A stretch of 64,000 nucleotides of DNA from Aquificaceae bacterium (GTDB lineage Bacteria > Aquificota > Aquificia > Aquificales > Aquificaceae), in contig JAXSMZ010000002.1 in assembly GCA_037924335.1 (NCBI GenBank), positions 70,338 through 134,337 of the forward strand, in the 5' to 3' direction. Positions within the stretch are counted from its first letter, which is position 1; each line of letters opens with the position of its first letter. Made by a program: the position numbers and the translations under genes. The notes beneath the pieces were generated by a model, which saw only the letters and a list, made by a program, of their open reading frames with translations, was not told the DNA's origin and did no database searches. Shown piece by piece: positions 30,558 through 40,808 of the stretch.

Positions 30558-31664
30558 ATGCCCGAAAGGATAAGGATAGCCATAGCCGGCGTGGGTAACT
30601 GCGCAAGTTCTCTGATCCAAGGTATATACTACTACAAAAAAAGGCAGAATACGGACGTTAACGGTTTGATGTTTGAGGATGTTGGGGGTTACAAACCTTG
30701 GGATGTGGAGGTTGTTGCTGCCTGGGACATCGATGAAAGGAAGGTTGGAAGAGATATCTCAGAGGCAATATTTGCACTACCCAACTGTACAGCTGTCTTT
30801 GAATCGGATGTCCCAAAGGCAGGGGTAAAGGTAAGGATGGGGAAAGTGCTTGATGGGTTTGCCCATCACATGGCTGATTATCCAGCAGACAGAAGCTTTG
30901 TACTTTCTAAAGAGAAGGAGGACGAGCTGGAGGATGTGGTAAAGGTTCTCAGAGATACTCAGGCCGATATACTGATCAACTACGTACCAGTAGGGTCTGA
31001 GAATGCTGCTAGGTTCTATGCGGAGGCATGCCTCAAAGCTGGTGTATCTTTTATAAACGGTATGCCAACCTTTATAGTATCAGACCCAGTTTGGGCTGAA
31101 AAGTTTGAGAAAGAGGGTATACCTGTGATAGGTGACGATATAAAATCCCAGCTGGGAGCTACCATACTCCACAGAACTTTAGTCCAACTCTTTACAGATA
31201 GGGGTATAAAGATAGAAAGGACTTACCAGCTCAACTTTGGAGGAAACACTGACTTTCTCAACATGCTGGAGAGGAGCAGGCTAAAGACAAAGAAACAGTC
31301 CAAGACCCAAGCCGTATCCTCCCTAATACCTTACGATTTGGAAGATTACAACATACACATAGGTCCTTCAGACTGGGTTCCATGGCTCAAAGACAGGAAG
31401 ATAGCCTATATAAGGATAGAGGGCAGACAGTTTGGAGATGTACCTATGTACGTGGAGCTAAAGCTTGATGTGGAAGATTCCCCAAACAGTGCTGGTTCTA
31501 TGATGGATGCCATAAGGTGCTGCAAGCTCGCAAGGGATAGGGGTACAGGTGGTCCCCTTTACTCTATAAGCGCTTACACGATGAAGCATCCACCAGTGCA
31601 GTATCCAGACTGGAAGGCAAGAACCATGGTAGAAGAGTTTATAAGAGGAAAAAGAGAAAGGTAG
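30558..31664 (+). CDS. ino1: myo-inositol-1-phosphate synthase
   Basis: GVGNCASSL, GDDIKSQLGAT, GGNTDFLNM, EDSPNSAG; GGAGG RBS. Confidence 0.96.
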   Translation: MPERIRIAIAGVGNCASSLIQGIYYYKKRQNTDVNGLMFEDVGGYKPWDVEVVAAWDIDERKVGRDISEAIFALPNCTAVFESDVPKAGVKVRMGKVLDGFAHHMADYPADRSFVLSKEKEDELEDVVKVLRDTQADILINYVPVGSENAARFYAEACLKAGVSFINGMPTFIVSDPVWAEKFEKEGIPVIGDDIKSQLGATILHRTLVQLFTDRGIKIERTYQLNFGGNTDFLNMLERSRLKTKKQSKTQAVSSLIPYDLEDYNIHIGPSDWVPWLKDRKIAYIRIEGRQFGDVPMYVELKLDVEDSPNSAGSMMDAIRCCKLARDRGTGGPLYSISAYTMKHPPVQYPDWKARTMVEEFIRGKRER

Positions 31665-31665
31665 G

Positions 31666-31947
31666 ATGGACTTAGCGAATTTTATAAAAAATCTTAAAAA
31701 CTTCGATGGGATGTTAGGTCAAATAAAAGAAGACCTAAGACAAAAAAAGGAAATGATTGAAAAGAACGGAATAACCATAACCTTTAACGGCTTTGGAGAG
31801 ATCGAAGACATAGAATATTTACAGGATAAGAATATTTCCGAGGTCAAGGACACACTCATAGAGCTTTTGAACCTTGCTCAGGATCTTTCAAGGGATATGA
31901 TGCTGGAAGCTGTAAAGAGAAAGTTTGGAGGCATATTTGGCTTTTGA
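31666..31947 (+). CDS. YbaB/EbfC family nucleoid-associated protein (divergent)
   Basis: Size, ITITFNGFGEIEDI pattern, directly upstream of recR. Confidence 0.75.
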   Translation: MDLANFIKNLKNFDGMLGQIKEDLRQKKEMIEKNGITITFNGFGEIEDIEYLQDKNISEVKDTLIELLNLAQDLSRDMMLEAVKRKFGGIFGF

Positions 31948-32545
31948 GGATGTTTTCCCAAAACCCTTAAAGGATGCTCTAGAAAACCTAACAAATATAC
32001 CAACTTATGGAGAGAGGGGAGCAAGCAGGTTCTTATACAACCTTCTAAAGCTCGGTCAAGAAGAGAGAGTAAACATAATCAATTCCTTAAAAAATGCTGT
32101 GGAGAATATAAAGAAGTGCTCAGAATGCGGGCTTTTAACGGATAGGGATGTATGTTATGTATGCTCCGATGAGAAGAGGAACAAGAGATTCATATGCGTG
32201 GTGGAAGAATCGCAGGATTCTTTTGCCATTGAGAAGCTCGAAAGGTATACAGGTGTGTACCATGTTCTCGGTGGTAGAATAGCACCCCTAGAGGGCATAT
32301 CACCCCAAGACCTTAACATTGATAGACTGCTTGAAAGAATAGAAACGTACAGAGCAAAGGAGGTAATAGTGGCTACAAACCCCAACTTGGAAGGAGAAGC
32401 CACAGCCAATTACCTTATCAAGCTCTTAAGAAAGAGGTTTCCATCGCTAAAAGTCACTAGGATATCTTACGGATTGCAGTTTGGAACCCTTATAGAGCTT
32501 GCTGATGAGCTTTCTTTGGAAAAGTCCATAGAGAACAGAAGATGA
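31925..32545 (+). CDS. recR: Recombination protein RecR
   Basis: C4 Zn finger, ICVVE, YHVLGG, EVIVATNPNLEGEATA. Confidence 0.96.
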   Translation: MEAYLAFEDVFPKPLKDALENLTNIPTYGERGASRFLYNLLKLGQEERVNIINSLKNAVENIKKCSECGLLTDRDVCYVCSDEKRNKRFICVVEESQDSFAIEKLERYTGVYHVLGGRIAPLEGISPQDLNIDRLLERIETYRAKEVIVATNPNLEGEATANYLIKLLRKRFPSLKVTRISYGLQFGTLIELADELSLEKSIENRR

Positions 32546-33249
32546 CCATCTTCCCTTTTTAGTATCATCTGCTTCACGCCAGGTTTTAGGAGGCTAACCC
32601 TGTAAGGTATACCCATTTTCAGACTTTCAGCATGCCCTCTTCCAACCAATACAACAACCTTCTTGTCTGGATGATGGCTTAGAATTCTCACAACAGCATA
32701 AGCCATGACATTGTCCCAAGCATTTTGCGCATCAAAAAAGGAAGATGCGTCCATCTTTGGGTGTGTCTCTAAAACCTTTTCAAGCCTTTTCTTCTCCTCC
32801 TGCGTTAAGCCTATGATTGGATCTGGAATGATGGGATCCTGTACGCTTCCCAAGCCTTTTTCCCTTATCCTCATTAAAAGCTCTGTAGGTAAGTTAAGGG
32901 CATAAACCTTTATGTTTTTTCCCCTTGCGTACCTCCAAATGGGTGCGTAGAGCGATGGGTCAAAGCCCCATCTTTTCCTGTACTCTGTCTTTTCTAACAT
33001 TTCCTGCTCTGTTATTTTGCAATCTATGTAATCGTCAAGGTACCTTTGAAAGGGCTGTTGGAACATCTCCATACCTATGGAAAACTTATAACCTTCTTTA
33101 TAAAAGTACTCAATAACCCTAAGCTGAAACTGATGGTCTTCCTCGCTTGTATGCTCCTCTGGAAGGTATATTACATCCACATCATCGAAGGCTTTTACAT
33201 ACTTAATGGCTGATATCATAAAAAATATTAGCAAAATTTTAAAAAACAT
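32467..33249 (-). CDS. ChaN/PhuW-like (EreA-ChaN superfamily) exported protein
   Basis: IYLPEEH, IGMEMF, AQNAWDNVMA, LVGRGH; signal peptide. Confidence 0.85.
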   Translation of the reverse strand: MFFKILLIFFMISAIKYVKAFDDVDVIYLPEEHTSEEDHQFQLRVIEYFYKEGYKFSIGMEMFQQPFQRYLDDYIDCKITEQEMLEKTEYRKRWGFDPSLYAPIWRYARGKNIKVYALNLPTELLMRIREKGLGSVQDPIIPDPIIGLTQEEKKRLEKVLETHPKMDASSFFDAQNAWDNVMAYAVVRILSHHPDKKVVVLVGRGHAESLKMGIPYRVSLLKPGVKQMILKREDGHLLFSMDFSKESSSASSIRVPNCNP

Positions 33250-33286
33250 GTTAACATAAATATAATATCTCAATAAGGAGGAAAAA

Positions 33287-33538
33287 ATGGCGAAAAGAGG
33301 TAGAAAAAAAGGAGGTCCAAGGTACAAAAGGGTAGTACTTTCCCTTCCAAAAAGACTCTATTATGTACTCAACGGTATAGCCATGGGGGATGAAAGAAGG
33401 CTAAACAGACTTATAAAGGGTATACTGGAGGATAAATTAACCGAATCAACTGTTGCTGAGCTTGAGCTCTACCTTGGGAGAATTGAGGAAGAGGAGGAGA
33501 AAGAAGGGGCAACTGAGGAGGAACAGGCTCAACCGTGA
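33287..33538 (+). CDS. Small hypothetical protein, possible ribbon-helix-helix
   Basis: AGGAGG RBS; basic N-terminus, RVVLSLP strand, acidic tail. Confidence 0.75.
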   Translation: MAKRGRKKGGPRYKRVVLSLPKRLYYVLNGIAMGDERRLNRLIKGILEDKLTESTVAELELYLGRIEEEEEKEGATEEEQAQP

Positions 33539-34590
33539 TAAGCAAAAGAATAAAAGAACTTGTACCTTACAAGACAGAAACCACAAAGGCTAACATAAGG
33601 CTCTCTTCCAACGAAATGCCCATTGTGTTCCCAGACTATGTAAAAAGGAGAATATGCGAAGAGATAGCTCAGTTACCAATAAACAGATATCCAGACCCAA
33701 AGGCTGATGAGCTTAAAGAGGTGCTGGCTTACCGCTTTGGTGTAAAGGAAGAGAACTTAGTTTTGGGAAATGGTTCCGATGAGCTAATATACTATCTAAG
33801 CATAGCCATAGGTGAGCTAAACAGGGGTATATACTACCCCGTCCCCACTTACAGCATGTATCAGATATCTGCAAAGATGCTTGGAAGGGAAAGCGTAGAA
33901 GTAAAGGTTGACGACAAAATGGACATAGACTTAGAGAGTTCCCTAAGGACTATAGAAGAAAAAAAGCCTGTCCTTTCCTTCTTCTCTTATCCTAACAACC
34001 CTACAGGTAACTGCTTTAGCACAGATAGAATAGCAAGGGTCAGAGATACTGGGCTTTTCACTGTTCTGGACGAAGCTTATTATCACTTTTCAAAAAAAAC
34101 CTTTTTAGAGGATGCCATAAGTAGGGAAGATACTGTAGTTTTGAGAACCCTCTCAAAAATAGGTATGGCTGGGATAAGAGTCGGTATTTTGATAGCAAAA
34201 GATTCCGTAGCTTATGAGATAAACAAGATGAGACTTCCCTTTAACATAACCTATCCTTCTCAAGTTATAGCCAAGCTTATGCTTACAGAGTTCTATCCCA
34301 TCATAGAAGAAGCTATAAACATGGTAGTAAGAGAGAGGGAAAGGCTCTTTCATGAACTCTCAAGGCTGGATGGTATAAAACCCTATCCATCAGAGGCAAA
34401 CTTTATACTCTTTGAATCCCTTCTCCCACCCAAGACCCTTCATAGAGAGCTGATAAAAAGGAATATACTCATCAGAGATGTATCCTATATGCCAAGATTA
34501 GAAAGTTGTCTTAGGGTGAACGTAGGCTTTCCAGAGGAGAACGATGCCTTTCTTGAAGCTCTAAGCCATATTATGAAAACTCAATTATAA
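33535..34590 (+). CDS. hisC: Histidinol-phosphate aminotransferase
   Basis: LSSNE, NRYPD, GNGSDELI, PNNPTG, DEAY, RTLSK. Confidence 0.94.
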   Translation: MISKRIKELVPYKTETTKANIRLSSNEMPIVFPDYVKRRICEEIAQLPINRYPDPKADELKEVLAYRFGVKEENLVLGNGSDELIYYLSIAIGELNRGIYYPVPTYSMYQISAKMLGRESVEVKVDDKMDIDLESSLRTIEEKKPVLSFFSYPNNPTGNCFSTDRIARVRDTGLFTVLDEAYYHFSKKTFLEDAISREDTVVLRTLSKIGMAGIRVGILIAKDSVAYEINKMRLPFNITYPSQVIAKLMLTEFYPIIEEAINMVVRERERLFHELSRLDGIKPYPSEANFILFESLLPPKTLHRELIKRNILIRDVSYMPRLESCLRVNVGFPEENDAFLEALSHIMKTQL

Positions 34591-34598
34591 TAGAAACC

Positions 34599-34976
34599 AT
34601 GCTGGATACAAAAAAGGAGAGGCTCATTGAAAGATATTACAGGGACATAGACCAACAAGAGCTGAAGAGACTTTTCCTTAAAAAGTTAAACTCTGTACCC
34701 CCTACTATGGAGTACGTTAGAAACCTAATCATGAACGCAAAGCTTCTCTTCAGGATGATAACAGACCCCAACTTTGAACTAAAAGAGGACACAAAAAAAG
34801 ACTTCATATCAGCTCTTCTGTACTTTATAGAGGACAAGGACACCATCCCAGACTGGATACCAATAGTAGGCCTTTGGGATGACCACAAGCTCATCGCTTA
34901 CGTTAAGGAAAAGCATAGGGAAGAGATAGAGAAGTACTTCTCTCAGATAAAATACTTTGTGGCCAACTACTTCTGA
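34599..34976 (+). CDS. YkvA/DUF1232 family protein
   Basis: ALLYFI...DTIPDWIPIVGLWDD. Confidence 0.88.
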   Translation: MLDTKKERLIERYYRDIDQQELKRLFLKKLNSVPPTMEYVRNLIMNAKLLFRMITDPNFELKEDTKKDFISALLYFIEDKDTIPDWIPIVGLWDDHKLIAYVKEKHREEIEKYFSQIKYFVANYF

Positions 34977-35953
34977 TGATAAGATTTCTTCTTTTCAGAG
35001 TTTTACAAGCCTTACCCACACTTTTAGGCGTTACATTCCTCTCTTTTCTTATCATAAAGCTGGCACCTGGAGATTACTTGGACCAGCTCAGGTTAAACCC
35101 ACAGATATCCCCAGAGACGATAGAACTTTTGAAGAGGCAGTATGGACTTGACCAACCCATAATAGTTCAGTACATAAGGTGGCTAAGGTCTGCCATCTTC
35201 TTAGACTTAGGTTACTCTTTTCAGTATCATGCCCCCGTTACAGAGTTAATAAAAGAAAGGGTTGGGAACACTCTTCTTTTGACGCTTACCTCTGCTTTTC
35301 TGTCTTGGATATTTGCCCTGATGCTTGGATTCTTGGCTGGGCTAAAAGAGAACTCCCTCTTGGACAAGGTTATAAAGGCTTACGCTTACATATTTATGTC
35401 CATTCCCTCCTTCTTTTTAGCTTTCATTCTCCTTCTCTTTGCATCCAAAGCAAACATTTTACCCGTGGGTGGCATACACAGCCCTGGGTTTGAAAGCATG
35501 AACACCCTTGAGAAGCTCTTTGACATTATAAAACATCTTCTTGTTCCATCAGCTACTCTCACGCTTGTTTCTACGGCAAGCCTTGTGAGATTGGTAAGGA
35601 GTAGCGTCATAGAGTTTCTAAACAGCCCCACAGCTGTGCTTCTCATCTCAAAGGGAGTACCCGCAAGAACCTTTATAAAACATACTTTCAGAAACGTGAT
35701 GAACCCCTTTACCACACTTATAGGCTATGAGATAGCTGGGCTTCTCTCTGGTGCAGCTTTGATTGAGATCATATTAGATTGGCCAGGGCTTGGATCTCTT
35801 ATGCTTGATGCTGTACTCTCCCAGGACCTATTTTTAGTGATGGGGGGCCTTTACATAGGGACCATAATGCTCCTCGTTGGCAACTTCGTAGCCGACATCA
35901 TGCTTGCTATAATAGACCCAAGGGTGAGGGAGCGTGAGATAATTAGGGGCTAA
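34976..35953 (+). CDS. Peptide/nickel ABC transporter permease (OppB/DppB)
   Basis: LAPGD, YGLDQP, DLGYS, WPGLG, DPRVR. Confidence 0.93.
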   Translation: MIRFLLFRVLQALPTLLGVTFLSFLIIKLAPGDYLDQLRLNPQISPETIELLKRQYGLDQPIIVQYIRWLRSAIFLDLGYSFQYHAPVTELIKERVGNTLLLTLTSAFLSWIFALMLGFLAGLKENSLLDKVIKAYAYIFMSIPSFFLAFILLLFASKANILPVGGIHSPGFESMNTLEKLFDIIKHLLVPSATLTLVSTASLVRLVRSSVIEFLNSPTAVLLISKGVPARTFIKHTFRNVMNPFTTLIGYEIAGLLSGAALIEIILDWPGLGSLMLDAVLSQDLFLVMGGLYIGTIMLLVGNFVADIMLAIIDPRVREREIIRG

Positions 35954-35984
35954 AATTATAATATTATTAGTTGGAGGTTGAAAG

Positions 35985-36530
35985 ATGAATGATGAAGAAA
36001 AATTGTCTCAAGAGGTTGAGGAAGTCAAAGAAGAATTAAAGGAAGAAGAAAAGAGGATAAAAGAGCTTGAGGAAAAGCTAACCAAGCTGGAACAGGTCGC
36101 TCGCTTTGCAAACCAAAGATACATAGAGCTTCAGAGGGACTTTGAACTCTTCAAAGAAAGGTACAGAAAGGACTTGGAAGAGCAAAAAAAGTTTGGTTAT
36201 GAGAAGTTTGCGCTGGACCTTCTTGAAATAGTTGATAACTTTGAGAGAGCTTTTGTTAGCGCACCAGAAGGGTCGGGTGCTGTCCTTAAAGGATTTGAAC
36301 TTGTCTACAGAGAACTAAAAAGGATATTAGAAAAGTATGGAATAAGGGAGATAGAAGCTGAAGGGAAGGAGTTTGACCCTTACACAGCAGAAGCAGTTGA
36401 TAAGGAATACAATCCAAACGTACCATCAAACACTGTCATTAAAGTGCTCAGGAAAGGATACTCTCTGCACGACAGAGTGCTAAGACCAGCAAGGGTCATA
36501 GTCTCCATATCAGAAGAAGAGATAACTTAG
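35985..36530 (+). CDS. grpE: Nucleotide exchange factor GrpE
   Basis: DNFERA, FDPY.AEAV, KGYSLHDRVLRPARV. Confidence 0.96.
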   Translation: MNDEEKLSQEVEEVKEELKEEEKRIKELEEKLTKLEQVARFANQRYIELQRDFELFKERYRKDLEEQKKFGYEKFALDLLEIVDNFERAFVSAPEGSGAVLKGFELVYRELKRILEKYGIREIEAEGKEFDPYTAEAVDKEYNPNVPSNTVIKVLRKGYSLHDRVLRPARVIVSISEEEIT

Positions 36531-36545
36531 CAAACTTTTTAGAAC

Positions 36546-37043
36546 ATGAAGAGAAGAGCTGGTATATTTATAGACGGTGCTAACTTTTACTTCATACAGA
36601 GAAACATCCTGCATCAAAAGATAGACCTTATAAAGCTCATTGACTTTTTCAAGGAGAGCTACGATGTTTACAACACCTTTTTTTACTTAGCTTACAGGGA
36701 AGGGGATGAAAAACAAGAAAACTTTATAAGGCTATTAGCCTTCAGCGGAGTGACAGTTGTAAAAAAACCAATAAAGCATCTCAAAGATGGGAGTTATAAA
36801 GGGAGTCTTGATGTTGACATGGCAATTGACATGCTTTTGACAAGGGAAAACTACGATGTGGCCATACTCTGTTCTGGAGATAGCGACTTTGAAAAACTGG
36901 TCTGGGTGCTTAGAGATTTTGGAAAGGAAGTTATATGCGTGTCAACTAAGGAAAGCTCTGCCGTTGAACTTGTGAACGCATGCGATAAGTACATAGACTT
37001 ATCTGACATAATACATTCTATAAAACTTGAGGAAAAGGAATGA
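36546..37043 (+). CDS. NYN domain (LabA/DUF88) protein
   Basis: FIDGANF, KGSLDVDMAIDM, SGDSDF, LVNACD. Confidence 0.93.
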   Translation: MKRRAGIFIDGANFYFIQRNILHQKIDLIKLIDFFKESYDVYNTFFYLAYREGDEKQENFIRLLAFSGVTVVKKPIKHLKDGSYKGSLDVDMAIDMLLTRENYDVAILCSGDSDFEKLVWVLRDFGKEVICVSTKESSAVELVNACDKYIDLSDIIHSIKLEEKE

Positions 37044-37957
37044 ACTTCTTAGTGGTTGGTGTTGGTGCCTTGGGTAGTGTTTTTCTATCCTTTTTGACAA
37101 GAGCTGGACACAGAGCAGTGGGACTTGTGAGGCAAAAAAAACGCATAAAGAGAATAAAAGTGGATGGCATATGGGGAGAGTTTGAGCAGGATGTAAAGAC
37201 TACAGATAACATCTCTGAAGTTGACTTTAAACCCCATGTTGTTATCCTATCAGTTAAGAGTTACGATACGGAGGAGGCTCTTCAAAAAGTTGCACCTTTT
37301 ATAGATGATGCATACATAATGCTAGCCCAAAACGGTTATGGCAATTATGAAAAAGCTGTGAACTTCTTTGGGAAAGAAAGGGTTATACTGTCAAGGATAA
37401 TCTTTGGTGCAAAGCTTCTGAGTCAAGGTAATGTAAGGGTAACCGTTTGTGCTGACGATGTGGTCATAGGTAATCCTGACAGAGCTATAGATAGGGATTT
37501 TCTCAAAGAACTATCTCAAATACTTAGCCAAGCTGGTATTCCCACAAGGTACGAGGATGAAGTCTATAAATTTCTTTGGGATAAGGTGCTGTACAATTGC
37601 TGTTTGAACCCTCTTGGTGCCTTGTTTGAAGTAAGTTATGGGGAGCTTGTCAGCAATGAATACACAAGGGAGGTCATAGACAAGGTAATAGAAGAAGCCT
37701 TTGATGTTCTTCTGGTAAAGGGGATAGAGACCTTCTGGAAGTCTTCTAAAGAGTACAGAGAACACTTCTATAAAAGACTTGTCCCTCCAACAGCTGAGCA
37801 TCTACCCTCCATGCTTGAAGATATTAGAAAAGGGAAAACCGAGATAGATGCTTTAAATGGAGCTATAGTCAAGCTTGCAAAGGATGTATCCTTAGAAGTA
37901 CCAACCAACGAGCTTATAGTTAAGCTTGTGAAGGCAAAGGAGAACTTATTAAAATAA
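37040..37957 (+). CDS. panE: 2-dehydropantoate 2-reductase
   Basis: GVGALG, VKSYD, QNG, WDK..N...N, SMLED, TEIDALNG. Confidence 0.92.
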   Translation: MNFLVVGVGALGSVFLSFLTRAGHRAVGLVRQKKRIKRIKVDGIWGEFEQDVKTTDNISEVDFKPHVVILSVKSYDTEEALQKVAPFIDDAYIMLAQNGYGNYEKAVNFFGKERVILSRIIFGAKLLSQGNVRVTVCADDVVIGNPDRAIDRDFLKELSQILSQAGIPTRYEDEVYKFLWDKVLYNCCLNPLGALFEVSYGELVSNEYTREVIDKVIEEAFDVLLVKGIETFWKSSKEYREHFYKRLVPPTAEHLPSMLEDIRKGKTEIDALNGAIVKLAKDVSLEVPTNELIVKLVKAKENLLK

Positions 37958-37961
37958 TAGC

Positions 37962-38894
37962 ATGGGAGAAGCTCTGAAGGTACTTGTCACAGGTGGTGCT
38001 GGCTTTATCGGGTCCAACATAGCTAAGCATTTGGAAAGTGTAGGTTACTCAAAGGTTTATGTTCTTGATGATTTCTCCTCAGGCCACTTTAAGAATCTCA
38101 TAGGTTTTAAAGGTCAAGTGATAACTGGGGATGTAAGGGACAAAAACCTATGGGACTGGCTTATCAAAGAGTTTAAGTTCGATGTCATCTTTCACCAAGC
38201 GGCCATAACAGACACTACCATAATGGACCAGAGGCTGATGATGGAAGTAAACGCTGAAAGCTTCAGAAACGTACTGAAAGCTGCCTTAGCTTGGGGTTCA
38301 AAGGTAATATACGCATCCTCCGCCGGCGTTTATGGAAACACGCCACCACCCATGAGGGAGGATGGTCTCTTTAAGCCAGAAAACATATACGGATACTCTA
38401 AGCTTTCCATGGATAGCATGGCTAAGGACTTTATGAAGGAGAGAGAGGACATATACATAGTTGGGCTTAGATACTTCAACGTCTATGGTATTGGTGAGAG
38501 CTACAAGGGCAGATCTGCAAGCATGATATACCAGCTTTACAGCAGGATGGTCTCCGGACAAAAGCCAAGACTCTTCAAATGGGGAGAGCAAAGAAGGGAT
38601 TTTGTTTACATAGAGGATGTTGTAAAAGCCAACATGCTCGCCATGGAAAAGAATGTAAAAGGCATATTCAACGTAGGCACAGGTCAGGGAAAGAGTTTCA
38701 ACGAAGTTGTAGAAATATTGGGTGAAAACCTTGGAACAAAACCCGATATAGAGTACTTTGATTGCCCTTATGAGTTCTATCAAAAGCATACAGAGGCAGA
38801 CCTAAAGAAGGCAAGAGAAATACTCGGCTATAAACCTGAATTTCCCTTAGAGGATGGTATAAAGGACTATGTGAGAAGGCTCATGTCCCTTTGA
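37962..38894 (+). CDS. hldD: ADP-L-glycero-D-manno-heptose 6-epimerase
   Basis: TGGAGFIGSN, FHQAAITDT, YGYSK, LRYFNVYG, YQKHTEAD. Confidence 0.88.
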   Translation: MGEALKVLVTGGAGFIGSNIAKHLESVGYSKVYVLDDFSSGHFKNLIGFKGQVITGDVRDKNLWDWLIKEFKFDVIFHQAAITDTTIMDQRLMMEVNAESFRNVLKAALAWGSKVIYASSAGVYGNTPPPMREDGLFKPENIYGYSKLSMDSMAKDFMKEREDIYIVGLRYFNVYGIGESYKGRSASMIYQLYSRMVSGQKPRLFKWGEQRRDFVYIEDVVKANMLAMEKNVKGIFNVGTGQGKSFNEVVEILGENLGTKPDIEYFDCPYEFYQKHTEADLKKAREILGYKPEFPLEDGIKDYVRRLMSL

Positions 38895-39597
38895 GCCTCT
38901 TCGCACACTCCCACATGGCTATGGCACCGGCAGAAGCAACGTTGAGAGAGTTTATTCTCCCCCTCATGGGTATGCTAAGAACCGTATGGCATACGTCAAG
39001 GACACCCTTTGACACTCCTTGACCTTCTGAACCAAGAACAAGGGCGCATGGGAAGGGTATATCCACAGAGTCTATGTCCTTTCCACCCCTTTCTATTCCA
39101 ATGACCCATCCACCCAAGCTTTTGAACTCCTCAAGATGCTTTGGCAAGCTGGAAACTTTAGCTATCTTCAGATAGAAAACTCCACCGGCTGATGCTTTTA
39201 CAACAACCTCGTTTATGGGGCTGGCTCTGTACTTTGGCACAAGAGCTCCAACCCCCCCAAAAACTTCACACGTCCTCAGTATGTTTCCCACGTTCTGAGG
39301 GTCTGTTATATGGTCAAGTACCACGAAGAATCCAACTTTTTGGATAGTTTCTCTGAAGAGCTCAGTAGGTAATACGTAGTTGACTGGACTTATAACGGCA
39401 AGTATACCTTGAGTTTTTTTTGTTTTGGCCAACTGCTCTATCTTCTGTCTTGGTACCTTTTGAATCTTTATACCCCTCTCTTTGCAGAGCTTGACAACCT
39501 GATGGGGTGGATGGGAATCGTGGGCTATAAGCACTCTCTCCACATCTCTACCAGACCTCAGAACCTCTATCACTGGGTTCTTACCGTAAACTATCAT
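38881..39597 (-). CDS. rlmB: 23S rRNA (G2251-2'-O) methyltransferase, TrmH family
   Basis: MIVYGKNPV, DPQNVGNILR, GSEGQG, SLNVA; start overlaps the permease stop (ATGA). Confidence 0.92.
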   Translation of the reverse strand: MIVYGKNPVIEVLRSGRDVERVLIAHDSHPPHQVVKLCKERGIKIQKVPRQKIEQLAKTKKTQGILAVISPVNYVLPTELFRETIQKVGFFVVLDHITDPQNVGNILRTCEVFGGVGALVPKYRASPINEVVVKASAGGVFYLKIAKVSSLPKHLEEFKSLGGWVIGIERGGKDIDSVDIPFPCALVLGSEGQGVSKGVLDVCHTVLSIPMRGRINSLNVASAGAIAMWECAKRLKGT

Positions 39598-40556
39598 GAT
39601 ACCTGGAAAAGGAAGTTGATAAGATAGCCAGCTACAATAATGGAGCTTCCTACAATGGTTGCAAAAATAGCTATAAGCCTTGGCTTCATGATCTGTTTGA
39701 GTATTATGAACTCGGGAAAAGATAGAGCTGTAGTTGCCATCATAAAAGCCAGTGCAGTACCAATGGGTACACCCTTTGATATAAGAGCCTGTATAACTGG
39801 CAGTATACCAACGGAGTTTGAGTATAGAGGTATACCAATAAGCGTTGCAAGGGGCACTGCAAGGAGTCCACCGCTTTTTACAATACCTTCTACGAAATCC
39901 TGTGGAACATACCCGTGTATAAAACCACCTATAAATATGGCTACGATTATATATATCCAAATCCTCCCAATTATTTGCTTTACATTATTTATGCTGTGTT
40001 CTATCCTATCCTTCATGGTCATACTCTGCCTACTTTGTGCACCCAGTTTAACTTCAAAAACATAGCTTTCTATTACCCTTTTGGGGTCAAGCCTTCCTAT
40101 CAAGAATCCTGAAAACATGGCAACCAACACACCAAAAAGAAGATAAGCAATGGCAATTTTTAACCCAAAAAGAGATAAAAGCATTCCTAAGGCGATCTCA
40201 TTTACCATAGGAGATGCTACTAAAAAGGTAAAGGCTGCACTAAGCGATATACCAGCTTCAACAAATCCAATAAACATGGGTACAGCAGAACACGAGCAGA
40301 AAGGGGTCAAAACTCCTAAAAAAGCTGCAAGGGGCATAGCAATGGTTTTATTTTTTGAAAGTATATCCCTTGTCCTCTCTATAGGAAAGTAGCTTCTTAT
40401 AAAGGATATAACAAAGATGATAATTGTGAGAAGAGTAAATATTTTCAAGCTATCATGGATGAAAAATTCAAGAGCTTCCGATAGCCTTTCCCCCTTTTCC
40501 ATGCTTAGTAGAGAATATACCATGTAGTTTGATATATGTTCATAGATTTCAAACAA
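39594..40556 (-). CDS. ArsP/DUF318 family permease
   Basis: TPFCSCSAVP, ASPMVNE, ALSFPE; next to arsC. Confidence 0.9.
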   Translation of the reverse strand: MFEIYEHISNYMVYSLLSMEKGERLSEALEFFIHDSLKIFTLLTIIIFVISFIRSYFPIERTRDILSKNKTIAMPLAAFLGVLTPFCSCSAVPMFIGFVEAGISLSAAFTFLVASPMVNEIALGMLLSLFGLKIAIAYLLFGVLVAMFSGFLIGRLDPKRVIESYVFEVKLGAQSRQSMTMKDRIEHSINNVKQIIGRIWIYIIVAIFIGGFIHGYVPQDFVEGIVKSGGLLAVPLATLIGIPLYSNSVGILPVIQALISKGVPIGTALAFMMATTALSFPEFIILKQIMKPRLIAIFATIVGSSIIVAGYLINFLFQVS

Positions 40557-40560
40557 TTAA

Positions 40561-40806
40561 TCAATCCTCCATTAAAAGCTCTTCTATCCTTTGAGGTGCG
40601 GGTATTGGTGCTCCAAAGTGTTTTAATTTACCATCCACTACCAAAAGTGGTGTAGTCATGACGCCGTACTTTAAAACTTCCTTTACATCTATAACTTTTT
40701 CCACGGTTGCTTGTAAATTTTTAGCCTCTACAATCTTGGATACTATTTGGTAGAGTAGCTCGCAGTTCTTACAGTTGGACGTACTTATTATTTGTACATT
40801 TTTCAT
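40561..40806 (-). CDS. Small thioredoxin-like redox protein (Thioredoxin_3)
   Basis: CKNC, YGVMTTPLLVVDG. Confidence 0.88.
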   Translation of the reverse strand: MKNVQIISTSNCKNCELLYQIVSKIVEAKNLQATVEKVIDVKEVLKYGVMTTPLLVVDGKLKHFGAPIPAPQRIEELLMED

Positions 40807-40808
40807 GG

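Noticed and set aside
39598..39960. 120-aa N-terminal extension of RlmB in the ORF track
   Set aside because: Off-frame overlap with the permease; the family start MIVYG is at 39597
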